A stretch of 64,000 nucleotides of DNA from sequence record OQ031072. The stretch is one strand, 5' to 3'. This DNA comes from Shigella phage SFPB. The position numbers and the translations under genes were made by a program. The notes under the pieces are model-generated. The model searched no databases. It was given only the letters and a program-made list of their open reading frames with translations, and was not told the origin of the DNA. Positions 1 to 14,762 of the stretch are shown in pieces (positions within the stretch are counted from its first letter, which is position 1; the number at the start of each line of letters is the position of its first letter).

Positions 1-1104
1 ATGTTGACTAATTCTGAAAAAAGCAGATTTTTCCTTGCTGACTTAACTGGTGAAGTCCAGTCTATTCCAAATACTTACGGATATATCTCTGGTCTGGGAC
101 TGTTCCGTTCTGCTCCACAAACACAGACTACTTTCCTGATGGACTTGACTGATTGGGATATCAGCTTACTGGATGCGGTAGACCGTACCAGCCGTAAAGC
201 TGAGACTAGCGCTCCTGAGCGTGTTCGTCAGATTAGCTTCCCGATGATGTACTTCAAGGAAGTTGAAAGCATCACTCCTGATGAGATTCAGGGTGTTCGT
301 CAGCCAGGCACTGCAAATGAACTGACTACTGAAGCAGTTGTACGTGCTAAGAAGCTGATGAAGATTCGTACCAAGTTTGATATTACTCGTGAGTTCTTGT
401 TTATGCAAGCTCTGAAGGGTAAAGTTATCGACGCTAACGGTGTTCTGTACGCAGACCTGTACAAGCAGTTTGATGTAACTAAGAAGACTATCTACTTCGA
501 CTTGGACAACCCGAACTCTGATATCGATGCACACATCGAAGACCTGCGTATGCACATGGAAGATGAAGCTAAGACGGGTACTGTAATCAACGGTGAAGAA
601 ATTCACATCGTTGTTGACAGAACTTTCTTCAGCAAGCTTATCAAGCATCCTAAGATTCGTGACGCATACCTTGCACAGCAGACTCCACTGGCTTGGCAAC
701 AGATTACTGGTTCTCTGAGAACTGGTGGTACTGACGGTGTTCAGGCTCACATGAACCGTTTCTACTACGGTGGTGTTGTATTCGTACAGTACAACGGTAA
801 GTTCAAAGACAAGCGTGGTAAGACTCATACTCTGGTTAGCATTGACGGTGTATCTGACACTAATATTGGTGTAGGTCACGCATTCCCTAACGTAGCAATG
901 TTGGGTGAAGCTAACAACATCTTCGAAGTTGCTTACGCTCCATGTCCTAAGATGGGTTATGCAAACACTCTGGGTCAGGAACTGTATGTGTTCGAATATG
1001 AGAAAGACCGTGACGAAGGTATTGACTTCGAAGCCCACTCTTACATGCTGCCATACTGCACACGTCCTCAACTGCTTGTTGACGTTCGTTCAGACGCTGA
1101 GTAA
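1..1104 (+). CDS. major capsid protein, lambda gpE-like (Phage_cap_E-type); true 5' end may lie upstream of the window
   Basis: 367-aa ORF; C-terminal half follows the lambda gpE pattern (hydrophobic beta-rich core, conserved G/Y positions); sits directly upstream of head-tail and tail genes. Family call is from memory, not a search. Confidence 0.6.
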   Translation: MLTNSEKSRFFLADLTGEVQSIPNTYGYISGLGLFRSAPQTQTTFLMDLTDWDISLLDAVDRTSRKAETSAPERVRQISFPMMYFKEVESITPDEIQGVRQPGTANELTTEAVVRAKKLMKIRTKFDITREFLFMQALKGKVIDANGVLYADLYKQFDVTKKTIYFDLDNPNSDIDAHIEDLRMHMEDEAKTGTVINGEEIHIVVDRTFFSKLIKHPKIRDAYLAQQTPLAWQQITGSLRTGGTDGVQAHMNRFYYGGVVFVQYNGKFKDKRGKTHTLVSIDGVSDTNIGVGHAFPNVAMLGEANNIFEVAYAPCPKMGYANTLGQELYVFEYEKDRDEGIDFEAHSYMLPYCTRPQLLVDVRSDAE

Positions 1105-1126
1105 TAACTTGAAAGGAGGGTTATAA

Positions 1127-1576
1127 ATGTGTTATACAGGCGACCCCGCTAATAACCCTCTTGATAGAGTTCGAATCCTCTGCACCGATACTGACAACAA
1201 TGAAATCCTCATTGACCAATTGGTGCTAGAGTGGTTCTACCAAGAATCTGGAAAGGATGAAAAGAAAGCAGCCATCAAAGCTCTTAAATATTTACTCTTT
1301 CAAGTAGCCAAGATGGGAGATGAGAAAGTTGGTGGTGTTTATTTACGAAACTCTTCCAGATTCAAATCTCTGAAAGCTGTCTATGACGACCTAGTTAAAA
1401 GCTCTGTTAGTGGCCTCCCTTATGCGGGTGGTATTAGCCAGTGTGATATTGACATGCGTCGTCAAAATCCTTGCTCTGTCAAGAAATATACTGAATATGG
1501 CGATGCTGTTAGATACTACGGTAGAGATTACTGTGAACGTGTCAACGGTGTATTTATTATCGAGCGAGATGAATAA
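1127..1576 (+). CDS. hypothetical head/neck protein (head-tail joining module)
   Basis: ORF with SD AAGGAGGG 8 nt upstream; position between capsid and tail genes. Confidence 0.5.
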   Translation: MCYTGDPANNPLDRVRILCTDTDNNEILIDQLVLEWFYQESGKDEKKAAIKALKYLLFQVAKMGDEKVGGVYLRNSSRFKSLKAVYDDLVKSSVSGLPYAGGISQCDIDMRRQNPCSVKKYTEYGDAVRYYGRDYCERVNGVFIIERDE

Positions 1577-2058
1577 TGGTTAAAAGGGTTATTCACCCCG
1601 CTAGAGCTAAATTAGTCGGGGCTATGAAGAACTTGCATACGGCTAATGCTCAAGTTGGGTATTTTCAGGAACAAGGTCAACATAGCTCTGGTTTTTCTTA
1701 CTCTGCTTTAATGTACTTGCATGAAGTTATTGGTGTACCAGCAGCTTCAGGCAAAGTATATCGTAGGTTGTTTGAAATTACTATGATGTTACACAGACAG
1801 GCCTTGTTAGAGCAGACTAAGAAGAATCTCTATAAGCAATTAAACAGTCTTAATACTGACCCCTCAGATACTTTAGAAGCATTTGCAAAGAGTGCTCAGA
1901 AAGCAATTAAAAGAGGTTTTGGTAATACGGCTATATTGCCTCCTAACGCTCCATCTACAGTTAAAAAGAAAGGTTTCAATGCCCCTCTTGTGGAAACTGG
2001 AGATTTACGAGATAACCTTGCTTATAAAATCTCTACTAAGAAAGGTATTAAAAAATGA
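1576..2058 (+). CDS. hypothetical head-tail connector/completion protein
   Basis: TAATG-coupled to upstream ORF; position. Confidence 0.5.
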   Translation: MVKRVIHPARAKLVGAMKNLHTANAQVGYFQEQGQHSSGFSYSALMYLHEVIGVPAASGKVYRRLFEITMMLHRQALLEQTKKNLYKQLNSLNTDPSDTLEAFAKSAQKAIKRGFGNTAILPPNAPSTVKKKGFNAPLVETGDLRDNLAYKISTKKGIKK

Positions 2059-2456
2059 GACTCTTAAATAGACACAGCTTTGTAGTTAAAAGAAAGGTAT
2101 CTGAAGATGGTTATTACAATGAAGATGGTGATTGGGTAGCTTCACAGGATATTGTATCAATTAACTGCAAAGGTAATATTCAACCTTATATTAAGGGTTC
2201 TGTAAAGAATGGTACACAGATTGTTTTACCTGAAGGTATCAGACTGACAGATACAAGAATCCTTTTCACTGTAGCTGAGTTAAGAACGTCTGATGATGTT
2301 GATTGGACTGAAGCTGATATTGTCATGATTAAGGGACACGAATACGAAGTCTTTATGACAATGGATTGGTCTGAACAATTAGCTCACACATCCCATTATG
2401 AGTATATCATTATTAGAAGGGATAAGATGAATGCAGTTAGAAACAGCAGAACTTGA
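2055..2456 (+). CDS. hypothetical head-tail joining protein
   Basis: ATGA-coupled ORF in structural operon. Confidence 0.5.
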   Translation: MRLLNRHSFVVKRKVSEDGYYNEDGDWVASQDIVSINCKGNIQPYIKGSVKNGTQIVLPEGIRLTDTRILFTVAELRTSDDVDWTEADIVMIKGHEYEVFMTMDWSEQLAHTSHYEYIIIRRDKMNAVRNSRT

Positions 2457-3030
2457 GAAAGGTATTGTCCGAGTTTTGGTTGATGTTATTGGTCACCGTT
2501 TAGCGAGAGACAAGAATAACAGACCAAACGTTATTAGGGCTTACCCTTCAGATAATTCCAATGATAAAGGTCTAAAACCAGACCAGCCTTTTATTACAGT
2601 ATACTGTCAAGATGCTACCACACCTTATGGTTGGGTTCTTGATAAGTTCGTGGAAGATGATGTAGTTTGTTACAGAATTGCTTTCCAGATTCCTGTACTG
2701 ATTACTGTAAATGGTAAAGGTGCTCACAGTATTATGCTTGAGCTAAAACAAAGATTAGAGATGAGTACTACAAGAGATTATCTAGCTGACATGACAGGTG
2801 CTTCAGTACTTGATACAGGGGCTATCCCAAATGATTATACTTATCTCAACACAGATTTTGAAAATTCTGCACCTCTTGTTGTAACCCTTGTAAAAAATTC
2901 AGTATTAAAAGATGAACGTGGAAGTATTATTGAACGTATCATTGTGGATGGTGAATTGGTTTACGAGGAAGGACAGGAGCCACCAGAATATACTATCCAT
3001 CTAGATGTAGACTCCAAAGGGGTAAAATAA
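2431..3030 (+). CDS. hypothetical tail completion/neck protein
   Basis: ORF in structural operon, 199 aa. Confidence 0.5.
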   Translation: MQLETAELEKGIVRVLVDVIGHRLARDKNNRPNVIRAYPSDNSNDKGLKPDQPFITVYCQDATTPYGWVLDKFVEDDVVCYRIAFQIPVLITVNGKGAHSIMLELKQRLEMSTTRDYLADMTGASVLDTGAIPNDYTYLNTDFENSAPLVVTLVKNSVLKDERGSIIERIIVDGELVYEEGQEPPEYTIHLDVDSKGVK

Positions 3031-4382
3031 ATGTGGAATCCAATTGTTAATGTAGATATTACATTGAACACAGCAGGAACTACAAGAGAAGGTTTTGGTT
3101 TACCATTATTCCTTGCTTCAACAGATAACTTTGAAGAAAGAATCCGTGGTTATACTTCATTAACAGAAGTAGCTGAAGACTTTGATGAAAGTACTGCTGC
3201 GTATAAAGCTGCAAAACAGCTATGGAGCCAAACTCAAAAGTAACTCAACTGTATATTGGTAGAAGAACTATGCAATATACTGTTTCTATTCCTGACACAG
3301 TGGCTGAAGGAAGTGAATATTCATTGACAGTTGCTATTGGTGGTGGTGTTTCTCAGCCATTCCAGTACACTGCAAAAGAAAGCGACACAGCACTTATTGT
3401 CTTGAATGAGTTTAAATCACAGATTGAAGCAAGCCCAACAATTAAAGATGGTGTTAATGTTAGTGTAACAGGTACTGGTGCTTCTGCGACGATGATTATT
3501 ACTAAAGCTGGTGATAATGACTTCGTAAAAGTAACGTCTATTACACCTACAACATCTATTGCAGCAACAACTGCTGACACGGCTTCCGCTGCTCTGGCAT
3601 CCATTGAAGCATATTCAACAGATTGGTACTTCATCTCAGCAGAAGACAGAACTCAACAGTTTGTCTTGGCAATGGCTTCAGAGATTCAGGCTCGTAAGAA
3701 GATTTTCTTCACAGCTAATGCTGACGTTAAGGCTCTGCAAGGCACTGATTTGACCTCTGCAACAGATGTTCCGGCACAGTTAGCTAAGAGCAAGTACACT
3801 CGTACAGTTTGCTTGTGGCATCACACAGCCGAGTATGACTACCCAGAAATGGCTTACATCGCATATGGTGCTCCATATGATGCAGGTTCAATTGCTTGGG
3901 GTAACGCTCAATTAACTGGTGTTGCAGCATCTCTACAACCTGCTAACCAGAGACCACTGACAAGCATTCAGAAGTCAGCTTTAGATACCCGTAGCTGTAA
4001 CTTCATTGACCTCGATGGTGGGGTTCCTGTAGTGCGTAGAGGTATCACTTCTGGTGGTGAATGGATTGATATTGTACGTGGTGTTGATTGGCTTGAATCT
4101 GATTTGAAAACATCTCTGAGAGACTTGCTAATTAATCAGAAGGGTGGTAAGATTACTTATGATGATACTGGTATTACCCGTATTCGTCAGGTCATTGAAA
4201 CATCTCTTCAGCGAGCAGTTAACAGAAACTTTTTGTCAACTTACACCGTTACTGTTCCTAAAGCCTCACAAGTTGCATTGGCAGATAAGAAAGCACGTAT
4301 CCTGAAAGACGTTACCTTCCACGGTATTCTTGCAGGGGCTATCTTGGATGTTGACTTGAAAGGCACAGTGGCTTACGAATAA
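3031..4382 (+). CDS. putative tail sheath protein, reading frame changes (-1) between about 3207 and 3243 (70-aa ORF 3031..3243 plus 386-aa ORF 3222..4382)
   Basis: Combined size (~456 aa) and position immediately upstream of the tube gene; the 22-nt out-of-frame overlap is atypical for this genome, where neighbours are TAATG/ATGA-coupled. Adding one A at A-run 3213-3216 or 3236-3239 fuses the ORFs. Confidence 0.4.
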
Positions 4383-4396
4383 AGGAGTAATTAGGA

Positions 4397-4843
4397 ATGG
4401 CTATGTATCAGCAATATTCCCCTAAAGATGTAGTTTGTAGCTGGAATGGCATTGCCATTGAAGGTTTTGCACCAGACTCATTCTTGCGTCTTCAGAGAAC
4501 TTCTCCACTTGTTACGCCAGTTGTAGGTGCAGGTGGTCAAGTAGCTCTGACAAGAAATGCAGACAAGACAGGTACGATTGAGATTGAGCTAATGCAGACT
4601 TCTCTATCTAACCAGATGCTTTCTGCAATTCAAGCTAAACAAGATGACATGGAACTTGAAGAAGACATTTCATCTAACTTCGTAATTTATGACCCATCCG
4701 GTTCAGTACTGGCTACAGGTATCAATGCTTGGTTGCAAGAGCTTCCACAGATTGAACTTGGACGTGACCAGAACTCTAAAACTTGGATTTTCGGTTGTGA
4801 GAAGTTAGACTACGCTTCAACAATCCCTGCGTCAAGCGTTTAA
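4397..4843 (+). CDS. putative tail tube protein
   Basis: 148-aa ORF between putative sheath and chaperone/tape-measure genes; SD AAGGAG. Confidence 0.5.
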   Translation: MAMYQQYSPKDVVCSWNGIAIEGFAPDSFLRLQRTSPLVTPVVGAGGQVALTRNADKTGTIEIELMQTSLSNQMLSAIQAKQDDMELEEDISSNFVIYDPSGSVLATGINAWLQELPQIELGRDQNSKTWIFGCEKLDYASTIPASSV

Positions 4844-4854
4844 CAAATCCTAAT

Positions 4855-4894
4855 AAGGGGAGACTGTAAAAGGTCTTCCCCTTTTGTGTTTTTA
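4855..4894 (+). terminator. rho-independent terminator after tube gene
   Basis: AAGGGGAGAC-tgtaaaag-GTCTTCCCC hairpin followed by TTTTGTGTTTTT. Confidence 0.6.
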
Positions 4895-4918
4895 TACCAG
4901 AACTTTTAAGGAATCACA

Positions 4919-5320
4919 ATGAAAACTGAAACTAAAATGATTAATGGCAAGAAGGTAACTATTATTCTTCTTGGAGCTAGAGATGGTATCCGTATCTCTA
5001 TGAAGCTTGGTAAAGCAGTTGTACCAGCATTTGCACAGATGTTCTCTGGTTTAACCTCTAAAGATGGGGAAGCTAAAATCCCATTTAAAGAACTCGTTGA
5101 AGCTTGCTTTGAAAAGGTTGACGAACTAGATATTGATGCAATGGCAGAGACACTATTTCAGGGGGCAACAGTTAATGACTTCCCACTGAAAATTGATAGT
5201 TACTTCCAAGCGAACTACGGTGAATTTATTGACTTCTTAGCTTTTGCTTTGGAGGCAAACTTCGGAAGTTTTTTCGAGGCAAGCATTTTCAAAAGCCTAA
5301 CTTCTCAGCAGGAAGCTTAA
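4919..5320 (+). CDS. tail assembly chaperone (gpG-like)
   Basis: 133-aa acidic ORF immediately upstream of tape measure gene; conserved synteny. Confidence 0.55.
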   Translation: MKTETKMINGKKVTIILLGARDGIRISMKLGKAVVPAFAQMFSGLTSKDGEAKIPFKELVEACFEKVDELDIDAMAETLFQGATVNDFPLKIDSYFQANYGEFIDFLAFALEANFGSFFEASIFKSLTSQQEA

Positions 5321-5556
5321 GTTATTCTATGCAGACCCCGCTGACTGACGGGGCTGTAAAGGCAACTTATGATGAAGCAGATGAGATGAAATTTGTGCTT
5401 GCTATTTATGGTATGGATGGGTGTAAAGAAACACTCAACCAACTTTTTGATATGACCTTCGTTGATTTATTATCTCTACGTCAATATTTAGAAATCCAGA
5501 AGTCATATAAAGAAGAAATGGCTTACAACGAACTCAGAAAAGCAGGTAAAATTTAA
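5233..5556 (+). CDS. -1 frame extension of tail assembly chaperone (gpGT-like; predicted product 4919..5275 joined at -1 to 5275..5556)
   Basis: -1 frame is open from 5233; canonical slippery heptamer T_TTT_TTC at 5269-5275 in the zero frame; extension ends TAATG-coupled to the tape measure start. Confidence 0.5.
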   Translation, partial: LLSFCFGGKLRKFFRGKHFQKPNFSAGSLSYSMQTPLTDGAVKATYDEADEMKFVLAIYGMDGCKETLNQLFDMTFVDLLSLRQYLEIQKSYKEEMAYNELRKAGKI

Positions 5557-7768
5557 TGGCACAATATACAGTTGATAGTTTTATTGTTGAACTTGGATTC
5601 AGTGAAAAGGTTATTAAGGGTTTGCAAAGAGTTGAGAAAATGGCTATGCAGTCTGCTCAACGTATCGAACGCAATATCAATAAAGCCTTTGATGTGAAGC
5701 CTAATAGAAGTTCACAAGACGCTCTAAACAGACTTGTAAAAAACGCTCAGACTGCTTCAGGCAGAATCAATAAATCCCTAAACAATGCTATGAATTTAGA
5801 TTCACAAGGTGTAAAATCACTTCGTAGATTAGAAACACAGGGTAAGAAAACAGCCAAAGAAATTAATAAGGCTCTAAGACAAGCTATGAATGTTGAAGGT
5901 AAAGTCAATGTTCGTGGTGGAGTTGGTAGAGGCCGTGGTAATACTATCCCTCCGGTTGGAGGTGGTGGTTCACCTAGAGTTAGACCTGATATTGCTCAAA
6001 GACAAATGGAAAGAATGTTTAATAACAACTTCTATTCTGGTTTGACTCGTCGTCTTGAAACAATTGGTGGACAAGGTAACCAAATGGCTACTTCCTTCAG
6101 AGGAAGCTTACAAGGAATCTATAATAAGTACAAAGGTAGTGGTAAAGTTGGTGAGTATGAGATGGAAGTCAAGAAACTCATTGACACTACCAAACGTTGG
6201 GTTATTGCAGAAAATGCTAGACTTAAGGCAGTCAGAGAGTCAGCTTGGTTACAAGACAGAGCAAACTCTTCACTAAGACAGCTTGTAGGTGGTTTTGTTT
6301 CAGCGTATGCTATGCTGGAATTAGCTCAGAAGACTATTGATGCAGGTGTAAAGAGACAGTCTGCACAGTTAGCCTCAACAGCTATCTTTGGAGGGGATAC
6401 ACAGCAAGCTAGAATGTTCGCTGCTACGTTCTCTCACCAGATTGGTCAGAACTACACAGACACTATGAAGCAGTACTCAAACTTTGCTGCTGGTGCTCAG
6501 CCAGAGCTTGGTTTCCAAGGTACTCAGGAGTTCTATAAGAACGCTGCAATGTTCTCACGTATTCGTGGGGCTACTGATGAAGACTTGAAAGGTATCATGA
6601 TTGCTTTCCAGCAGATGGCATCTAAAGGTAAGATTCAGGCTGAAGAACTTCGTGGTCAGTTAGGTGACCGTTTAGCAGGTGCTGTTCAGCTATTTGCTGA
6701 TGCTATTGGGAAGACTCCACAAGAACTCGATAAGATGATGAAAGATGGTAAACTTCTTGCAAAAGATGTTCTACCAAAAGTCTCAGAAAGGATGAGAGAA
6801 CTTGTTGAAGCAGCAGGTGGTATGAATGCAGTTTCTAAGCAGACAGCTACCTCTATGGGTCAAGCCAAAGCTATGTGGGACAACACTCTTGTAGCACTCT
6901 TTAACAACTCTAGTGAAGGTATTTCACAACTTTCTAACTCTATTGCAATGTTCTTGCAAGGTTCACTTGGTACATCTCAGGCACTTGGTACAGGTATTGG
7001 TTACCTTTTGAAAGGTGCTAGTAACTTATTAGACTTCGTGACAGATATTATGTACCGCATTTCTTCATTGTACTACACAGCAATGGGTTATTACAAGGAA
7101 ATGGATGCTGGACAGCAGAAGTTAGTGAAAGAAGCTTCAGAGTTCCTTGCAACGGTTGTTGCTATTGGTGGTGCTGTAGCAACGGTTGCTAAAGTGGCGA
7201 AGCTTATCACTGGATTCTTTGATACAGCAATTGTACGAAAGATTCTTCAGAGATTTGGCATTGAGGTGGCTGAGAAAGTTGCACCAAGAGCAGCTCCATT
7301 TTTAATGCCACCTCAAGTAAAGGTAGCCTTGGCAACAATGGCACTATCTAGGTCTTCTGACCCAAATGCGGGGAAGAGATTTAATGAGGTTAATACACCT
7401 AACCCTTTCAATGAAGCTGTTTCAGGAATCACTAATCCAAAACGTCCTATGTTCTTTGACCAGAATGGACAACTCCAGTTTGCACAATACACTACAGATA
7501 CCTCTGGAAATATTCAGAGAGTTGATAACGGTTTGTCGAATTGGGATATTATCATGAACAACCTGTCTGAGTCTCTAAATAACTTTGCAAATAAGTTTAA
7601 TCAGACACCTATGATGATGACTCCTTCTGGACTCCCATTACAAACTAAGCAGACGCTTAACGTTTCCTTTAATCTGGATGGTAAGCAGATTGCTACTAAG
7701 ATGGTGGATATCACTGACAAGAATCAGGAAGATATTCTTTTAAACTCTAGCTACCCAGAGGATGAATA

Positions 7769-7769
<1 letters not shown>
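5556..7769 (+). CDS. tail tape measure protein
   Basis: 737 aa, Gly/Ala/Gln-rich with predicted helical N-terminus and hydrophobic segments; directly follows chaperone pair. Confidence 0.7.
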
Positions 7770-10530
<2,761 letters not shown>

Positions 10531-10531
<1 letters not shown>

Positions 10532-10947
10532 TGAAAACAGATTTTGCAATTAATCTTGGTGGTGACTACGTAGCTAAATTAGGAAATGATTCTGTATACG
10601 TTGCTCACGGAGATTTAAAAATTACGGGTAATCAGATTAGAATTATCCCAGAAGACGATAAAGCTACTCAGGTAGCTCAAAGATTACATATTAGGTGTCT
10701 TCTAAGGGCTGGAGAGGTATTCTTTAATACATCTGCTGGATTCCCTTATTTACAGCTTGCTAAGTTCAAGCAGAAGACCTCTATTTTTGATAATTATATG
10801 AAAGGTTACCTTGTTGAAACGAGAGATGTAACAAACATCTACAACTACTCTTCAACAATGGATAATGCAATGAGAAAAGTGTCAGTAAGATTTAATGCAA
10901 CGACAACTGCTGACGATGTTGAAATTAATACAGAGGTAAACATTTAA
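10531..10947 (+). CDS. putative baseplate protein (gpW-like position)
   Basis: 138-aa ORF, synteny. Confidence 0.35.
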
Positions 10948-12416
10948 TGGCTGGATTAACAACTACAGGTTTACAAACAAAAAGATATCAAGAAATCTTG
11001 GATGATGTTAAAGCAAGTCTGTATAGAGATATCTCACCAAACCTTGATGTTTCTGAAGATAGCGAACTTGGGTTATTCTTAGCTTCTGTTTGCCGAGGTC
11101 TTGCAGACGTTCATGAAATCTTGTCAGAAATTTATGACGGTGGTACTATTGACAAAGCTGAAGGATTCAGTTTAGATGATGTAACAGCTTTGAATGCTGT
11201 ATACAGATATGTGGCACAGGCTACAAGAGGTCAAGCTGAGTTCACTGGTAATTCTGGTGCTCCTGTACCAGCCACTACAAGACTAAGAAGCACAGCAGGT
11301 AACATCTTTTACCCTGTGTCAACTTTCACGCTGACTCCTTCTTACTGTGTAGAGGCAAACTTAGAAGTTAACTCTTTACGAACAGATGCAAACTATGTTA
11401 TTATCATTGACAACATTGAGTATTCATATCAGCCGACTAGCTCTGACACCATTACAACATTGCTACAGAAACTTGCAGATGCTATCAATGGTGGTATTAT
11501 TGCAAAGGCTGAAGTTATTAATGATGGTTCAGTCCTAAGAATCTATAAAGACACTGGAGATATCATTGCCAGAACTAACCCTATGGTTGTTACTGCAACG
11601 ACATTCTTAACATTTACAAAGATTACTTCAATCAGTGACGTTGTAGCAGATGAAACTGGAGCTATCCAGACTCTGGCAGGAACCTTAATTGAAATTGAAA
11701 CAACTGTAGATGGTCTTGATAGTGTTTTCAACAGATATGACTTGACAACAGGTCGTGATGAGGAAACTGACACAGAACTGAGACAGCGTTACTTAGAATC
11801 TCTGGCTGTTACTGGTGTAGGTACTCTGGATGCTATTGTAGCTGCTGTCAAGAGAGTACAAGGTGTGTCTGATGCTTCTGGTGTAGAAAATGATACTGAG
11901 ACAACAAACGCTGATGGTCTTCCTCCGAAGTCTTTTAAGATTGTTGTAGTTGGTGGTCAGAATGATAATATTGCACAGGCAATCTGGGACACGAAACCTG
12001 CTGGTATTCGCCCATATGGTTCAATCTTTGGGACTGCATATGACTTAGGTTCTCTTCCTCACGACGTTTACTTTAGTAGACCAATGCCTAAATACGTTTT
12101 TGTCAAGGTTACTTACTCTCTTTACGATGAAGAAACTCTTAACATCCCTGAACAGGATATTCATGACAGAATTGTTCAAGGTATTAATGCTTACGGTAGA
12201 ACTTTGAAAGTTGGTAATGATGTAATCCCTAACAGAATCTATGGACATATCTATGATGTAATTCAGGGTATCGAGATTAATGAGATTAAGGTTGCACTTT
12301 CAAATAACCAAGCAATTCCACCTGCTGAGGGGCAGTACACAACTTCAAGAATCACTATTGATGGTGACCAGTACACTGTTTGGGAAAGCTCACAGTATAC
12401 AATTACCAAGGAGTAA
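10947..12416 (+). CDS. putative baseplate wedge protein (gpJ-like)
   Basis: 489-aa ORF at gpJ position. Confidence 0.45.
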   Translation: MAGLTTTGLQTKRYQEILDDVKASLYRDISPNLDVSEDSELGLFLASVCRGLADVHEILSEIYDGGTIDKAEGFSLDDVTALNAVYRYVAQATRGQAEFTGNSGAPVPATTRLRSTAGNIFYPVSTFTLTPSYCVEANLEVNSLRTDANYVIIIDNIEYSYQPTSSDTITTLLQKLADAINGGIIAKAEVINDGSVLRIYKDTGDIIARTNPMVVTATTFLTFTKITSISDVVADETGAIQTLAGTLIEIETTVDGLDSVFNRYDLTTGRDEETDTELRQRYLESLAVTGVGTLDAIVAAVKRVQGVSDASGVENDTETTNADGLPPKSFKIVVVGGQNDNIAQAIWDTKPAGIRPYGSIFGTAYDLGSLPHDVYFSRPMPKYVFVKVTYSLYDEETLNIPEQDIHDRIVQGINAYGRTLKVGNDVIPNRIYGHIYDVIQGIEINEIKVALSNNQAIPPAEGQYTTSRITIDGDQYTVWESSQYTITKE

Positions 12417-12418
12417 CA

Positions 12419-13276
12419 ATGTTTAAAAAGATTGAAAACTTTTATGAGAAAACATTGGACGAAAGAACTGTAACTCAATTCAAAGATAAGTTTATTTACA
12501 CAAGTCTATTGAAATCTATCACAGATGAGTTACAATTATTAGAGGATATCAGTAATCAGTTATATACTGAAAGAAATATTCGTGTAGGTGTTGGCACACA
12601 ACTTGATAACATCGGGGCTTTGATTAAAGTCCCTAGACCTATTGGTGCTGATGATGACACTTACAGAGCTATCCTCTACATTCAAATTTTCTTAAGACGT
12701 TCTGACACCACACCAAACTTCTTACAAAGGGCTGTTATGACCCTTTACAACGCATCATTCAGTCAGATTTTTGAGCACATTACGCCAATGACTGGTGGAA
12801 TTGTTATCCGTGTAAACACTCGAAATAACGTGTTAGATACAGCATACACACTTTCTAAGATTGCTGCAACAACTATTGGTTCAGCAGTTATCCTTAGAGA
12901 TGTTACCTTAAATGGTACTGCTTGGACTCCTGTAGAGGTTGCTGATTCATCTCTGGCAATTACTGATGAGAATAACAACTGGTTTGTAACAAACACTAAC
13001 AAGGGTCTTATTACGAACAACACAGGTGGCTCTCTAGAAGCAAATAAATTAGGTAGTTTTGCAGATGCAGGTGTAAGAGATGGTTATGTAAGAGTGGATA
13101 AAACTGGTGGAAGTACCAGTAAAGATTATTTAAAAGTCAGCAAAACAAACAATAGCAACGACTATTTCATTGCTGGTAAAGAAACAGTAGCAGGTGGTGA
13201 TTATGGGATTATGGCAGAAGTCGCCCAAATCGTCAAAGGCAGAAAAGATAAATCTCAACAAGAAGGAAGTTCATAA
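12419..13276 (+). CDS. putative baseplate/tail-fibre attachment protein; start trimmed to SD-preceded ATG
   Basis: AAGGAG SD then ATG at 12419; in frame with track ORF 12380..13276. Confidence 0.45.
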   Translation: MFKKIENFYEKTLDERTVTQFKDKFIYTSLLKSITDELQLLEDISNQLYTERNIRVGVGTQLDNIGALIKVPRPIGADDDTYRAILYIQIFLRRSDTTPNFLQRAVMTLYNASFSQIFEHITPMTGGIVIRVNTRNNVLDTAYTLSKIAATTIGSAVILRDVTLNGTAWTPVEVADSSLAITDENNNWFVTNTNKGLITNNTGGSLEANKLGSFADAGVRDGYVRVDKTGGSTSKDYLKVSKTNNSNDYFIAGKETVAGGDYGIMAEVAQIVKGRKDKSQQEGSS

Positions 13277-13590
13277 TGTCTCTTTCATGGTCTACAGACA
13301 CAGTTGATGCTGATGGTAACCAGCTTAAAGTTTTACCACCTCCAGAAATTCAAGCCACTGGCCTATTAAGAGGTGAACCTATGGGTCGTCAGTGGTTTAA
13401 CTATATTATCAACTATTTGCTTAACAAAGTAAATGGTACGGTTGGAGAGGTTCGTTCATTTGCTACGGAGCAACCTGATTTAGTTTCCAATGGTTGGGAA
13501 TTAATTGACACAGTAACAGGAACTGCACACACCAGCACGACTAACCTTTACACATATGAATATAAAGGAGCTAATAATGGCAGTCGGTGA
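13276..13590 (+). CDS. hypothetical structural protein
   Basis: 104-aa coupled ORF. Confidence 0.4.
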   Translation: MSLSWSTDTVDADGNQLKVLPPPEIQATGLLRGEPMGRQWFNYIINYLLNKVNGTVGEVRSFATEQPDLVSNGWELIDTVTGTAHTSTTNLYTYEYKGANNGSR

Positions 13591-14752
13591 AATTCAAATT
13601 AGTGCATTGCCTCAAGCCTCGTTGCCTATTGATTTAAGTGATATCTTTCACCTTAAGCAAGGTATTGAGGATAAACGATGCACACTTGAGCAATTACTTG
13701 CTCCACACGCATCTTTAAGAAATAACCCACACGGCGTTACAAAGGTTCACGTAGAACTTGGTAATGTTATTAACGCGCTCCAATTAGTGGCTGCTAATAA
13801 CTTGTCAGACGTGGTTAGTGTTGAAGAGGCTAGACAGAACCTTAATATTCTATCAAGTGATGAAGTTAATGCCCTTATTCAAAATCACATTAATGACAAG
13901 AATAACCCTCACAACACTAACAAGATTCAAGTAGGTTTGTCTAATATTCAAAACTGGACATATTCAAACTCTTACTCTGAAGATGCTGATAAGTATGCTA
14001 CTGCAAAAGCTGTGAATGCTTTATATAGAGCTATCCAGAATAGCTATCCAATTGGTACTATTCATTTGTCAGTTAACCCTGCAAACCCATCTACATATTT
14101 ACTTTGTGGTGGTACTTGGGAGTTAGTTTCTAAAGGAAGGTCTCTTGTCGGTTATGACACAGATACAAGACCTGTAGAATCAGTATTTGGTTCTGCTACT
14201 GTAACACTTACACAAAATAACATTCCAAGTCACACACACTCTGTGTTGTTAACTGGTGGTGGACACTCCCATAATGCAACAGTAGTAATTTCTAGCTTTG
14301 ACTATGGGACTAAGAGCACATCAAGTTTTGATTATGGTTCTAAGGCCACAAACGACTCTGGAAGCCACGCTCATAATGTTAATGGTTCTGTAAGCAGTGC
14401 TGGTAGTCACAGCCACAGGATTCCATTGAGGGGTTCTGACAGGGGTGGTGTAAACGCTATTACGGCAACGGCTGATGCAGGTGTTGGTAATGCGTCATAT
14501 ACAGACTTTGATGGGGTTCACACACATACCTTCAACGTTAACTCTTCAGTTGGTGGTAACCACTCTCACAGTGTGTATATCGGAGCACATGGACACAGCG
14601 TTGCAATTGGTTCACATGGACACTCAGGTACTGTGACAGTTCAATCTTCTGAGCACACTCACTCAGGTACAACTGGTGCATTTGGTGCTGGACAAGCATT
14701 TAATATTGAGCAACCTTCTTATGTTGTATATGTTTGGAAGAGAACTGCGTAA
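13577..14752 (+). CDS. tail fibre protein with NPH-type fibre repeats, collar-like domain and His-rich (HxH) C-terminal region
   Basis: Repeats ...[16 protein letters not shown]... / ...[16 protein letters not shown]...; collar-like [15 protein letters not shown]...WEL; many H-x-H motifs; C-terminal VWKRTA. Confidence 0.65.
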   Translation: MAVGEIQISALPQASLPIDLSDIFHLKQGIEDKRCTLEQLLAPHASLRNNPHGVTKVHVELGNVINALQLVAANNLSDVVSVEEARQNLNILSSDEVNALIQNHINDKNNPHNTNKIQVGLSNIQNWTYSNSYSEDADKYATAKAVNALYRAIQNSYPIGTIHLSVNPANPSTYLLCGGTWELVSKGRSLVGYDTDTRPVESVFGSATVTLTQNNIPSHTHSVLLTGGGHSHNATVVISSFDYGTKSTSSFDYGSKATNDSGSHAHNVNGSVSSAGSHSHRIPLRGSDRGGVNAITATADAGVGNASYTDFDGVHTHTFNVNSSVGGNHSHSVYIGAHGHSVAIGSHGHSGTVTVQSSEHTHSGTTGAFGAGQAFNIEQPSYVVYVWKRTA

Positions 14753-14762
14753 TTATTTATAA

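Noticed and set aside
166-1071. Long antisense ORFs inside strongly supported genes (166-1071 minus, 3353-3634 minus, 26741-27181 plus, 15144-15461 minus and others)
   Set aside because: They are shadow ORFs opposite conserved genes, lack RBS, and have low-complexity Leu/Ser/Val-rich translations.
1160-1185. tRNA T-arm-like motif GAGTTCGAATCCTC
   Set aside because: It lies inside a well-supported coding ORF (1127-1576), and no matching acceptor or anticodon stems could be built around it.
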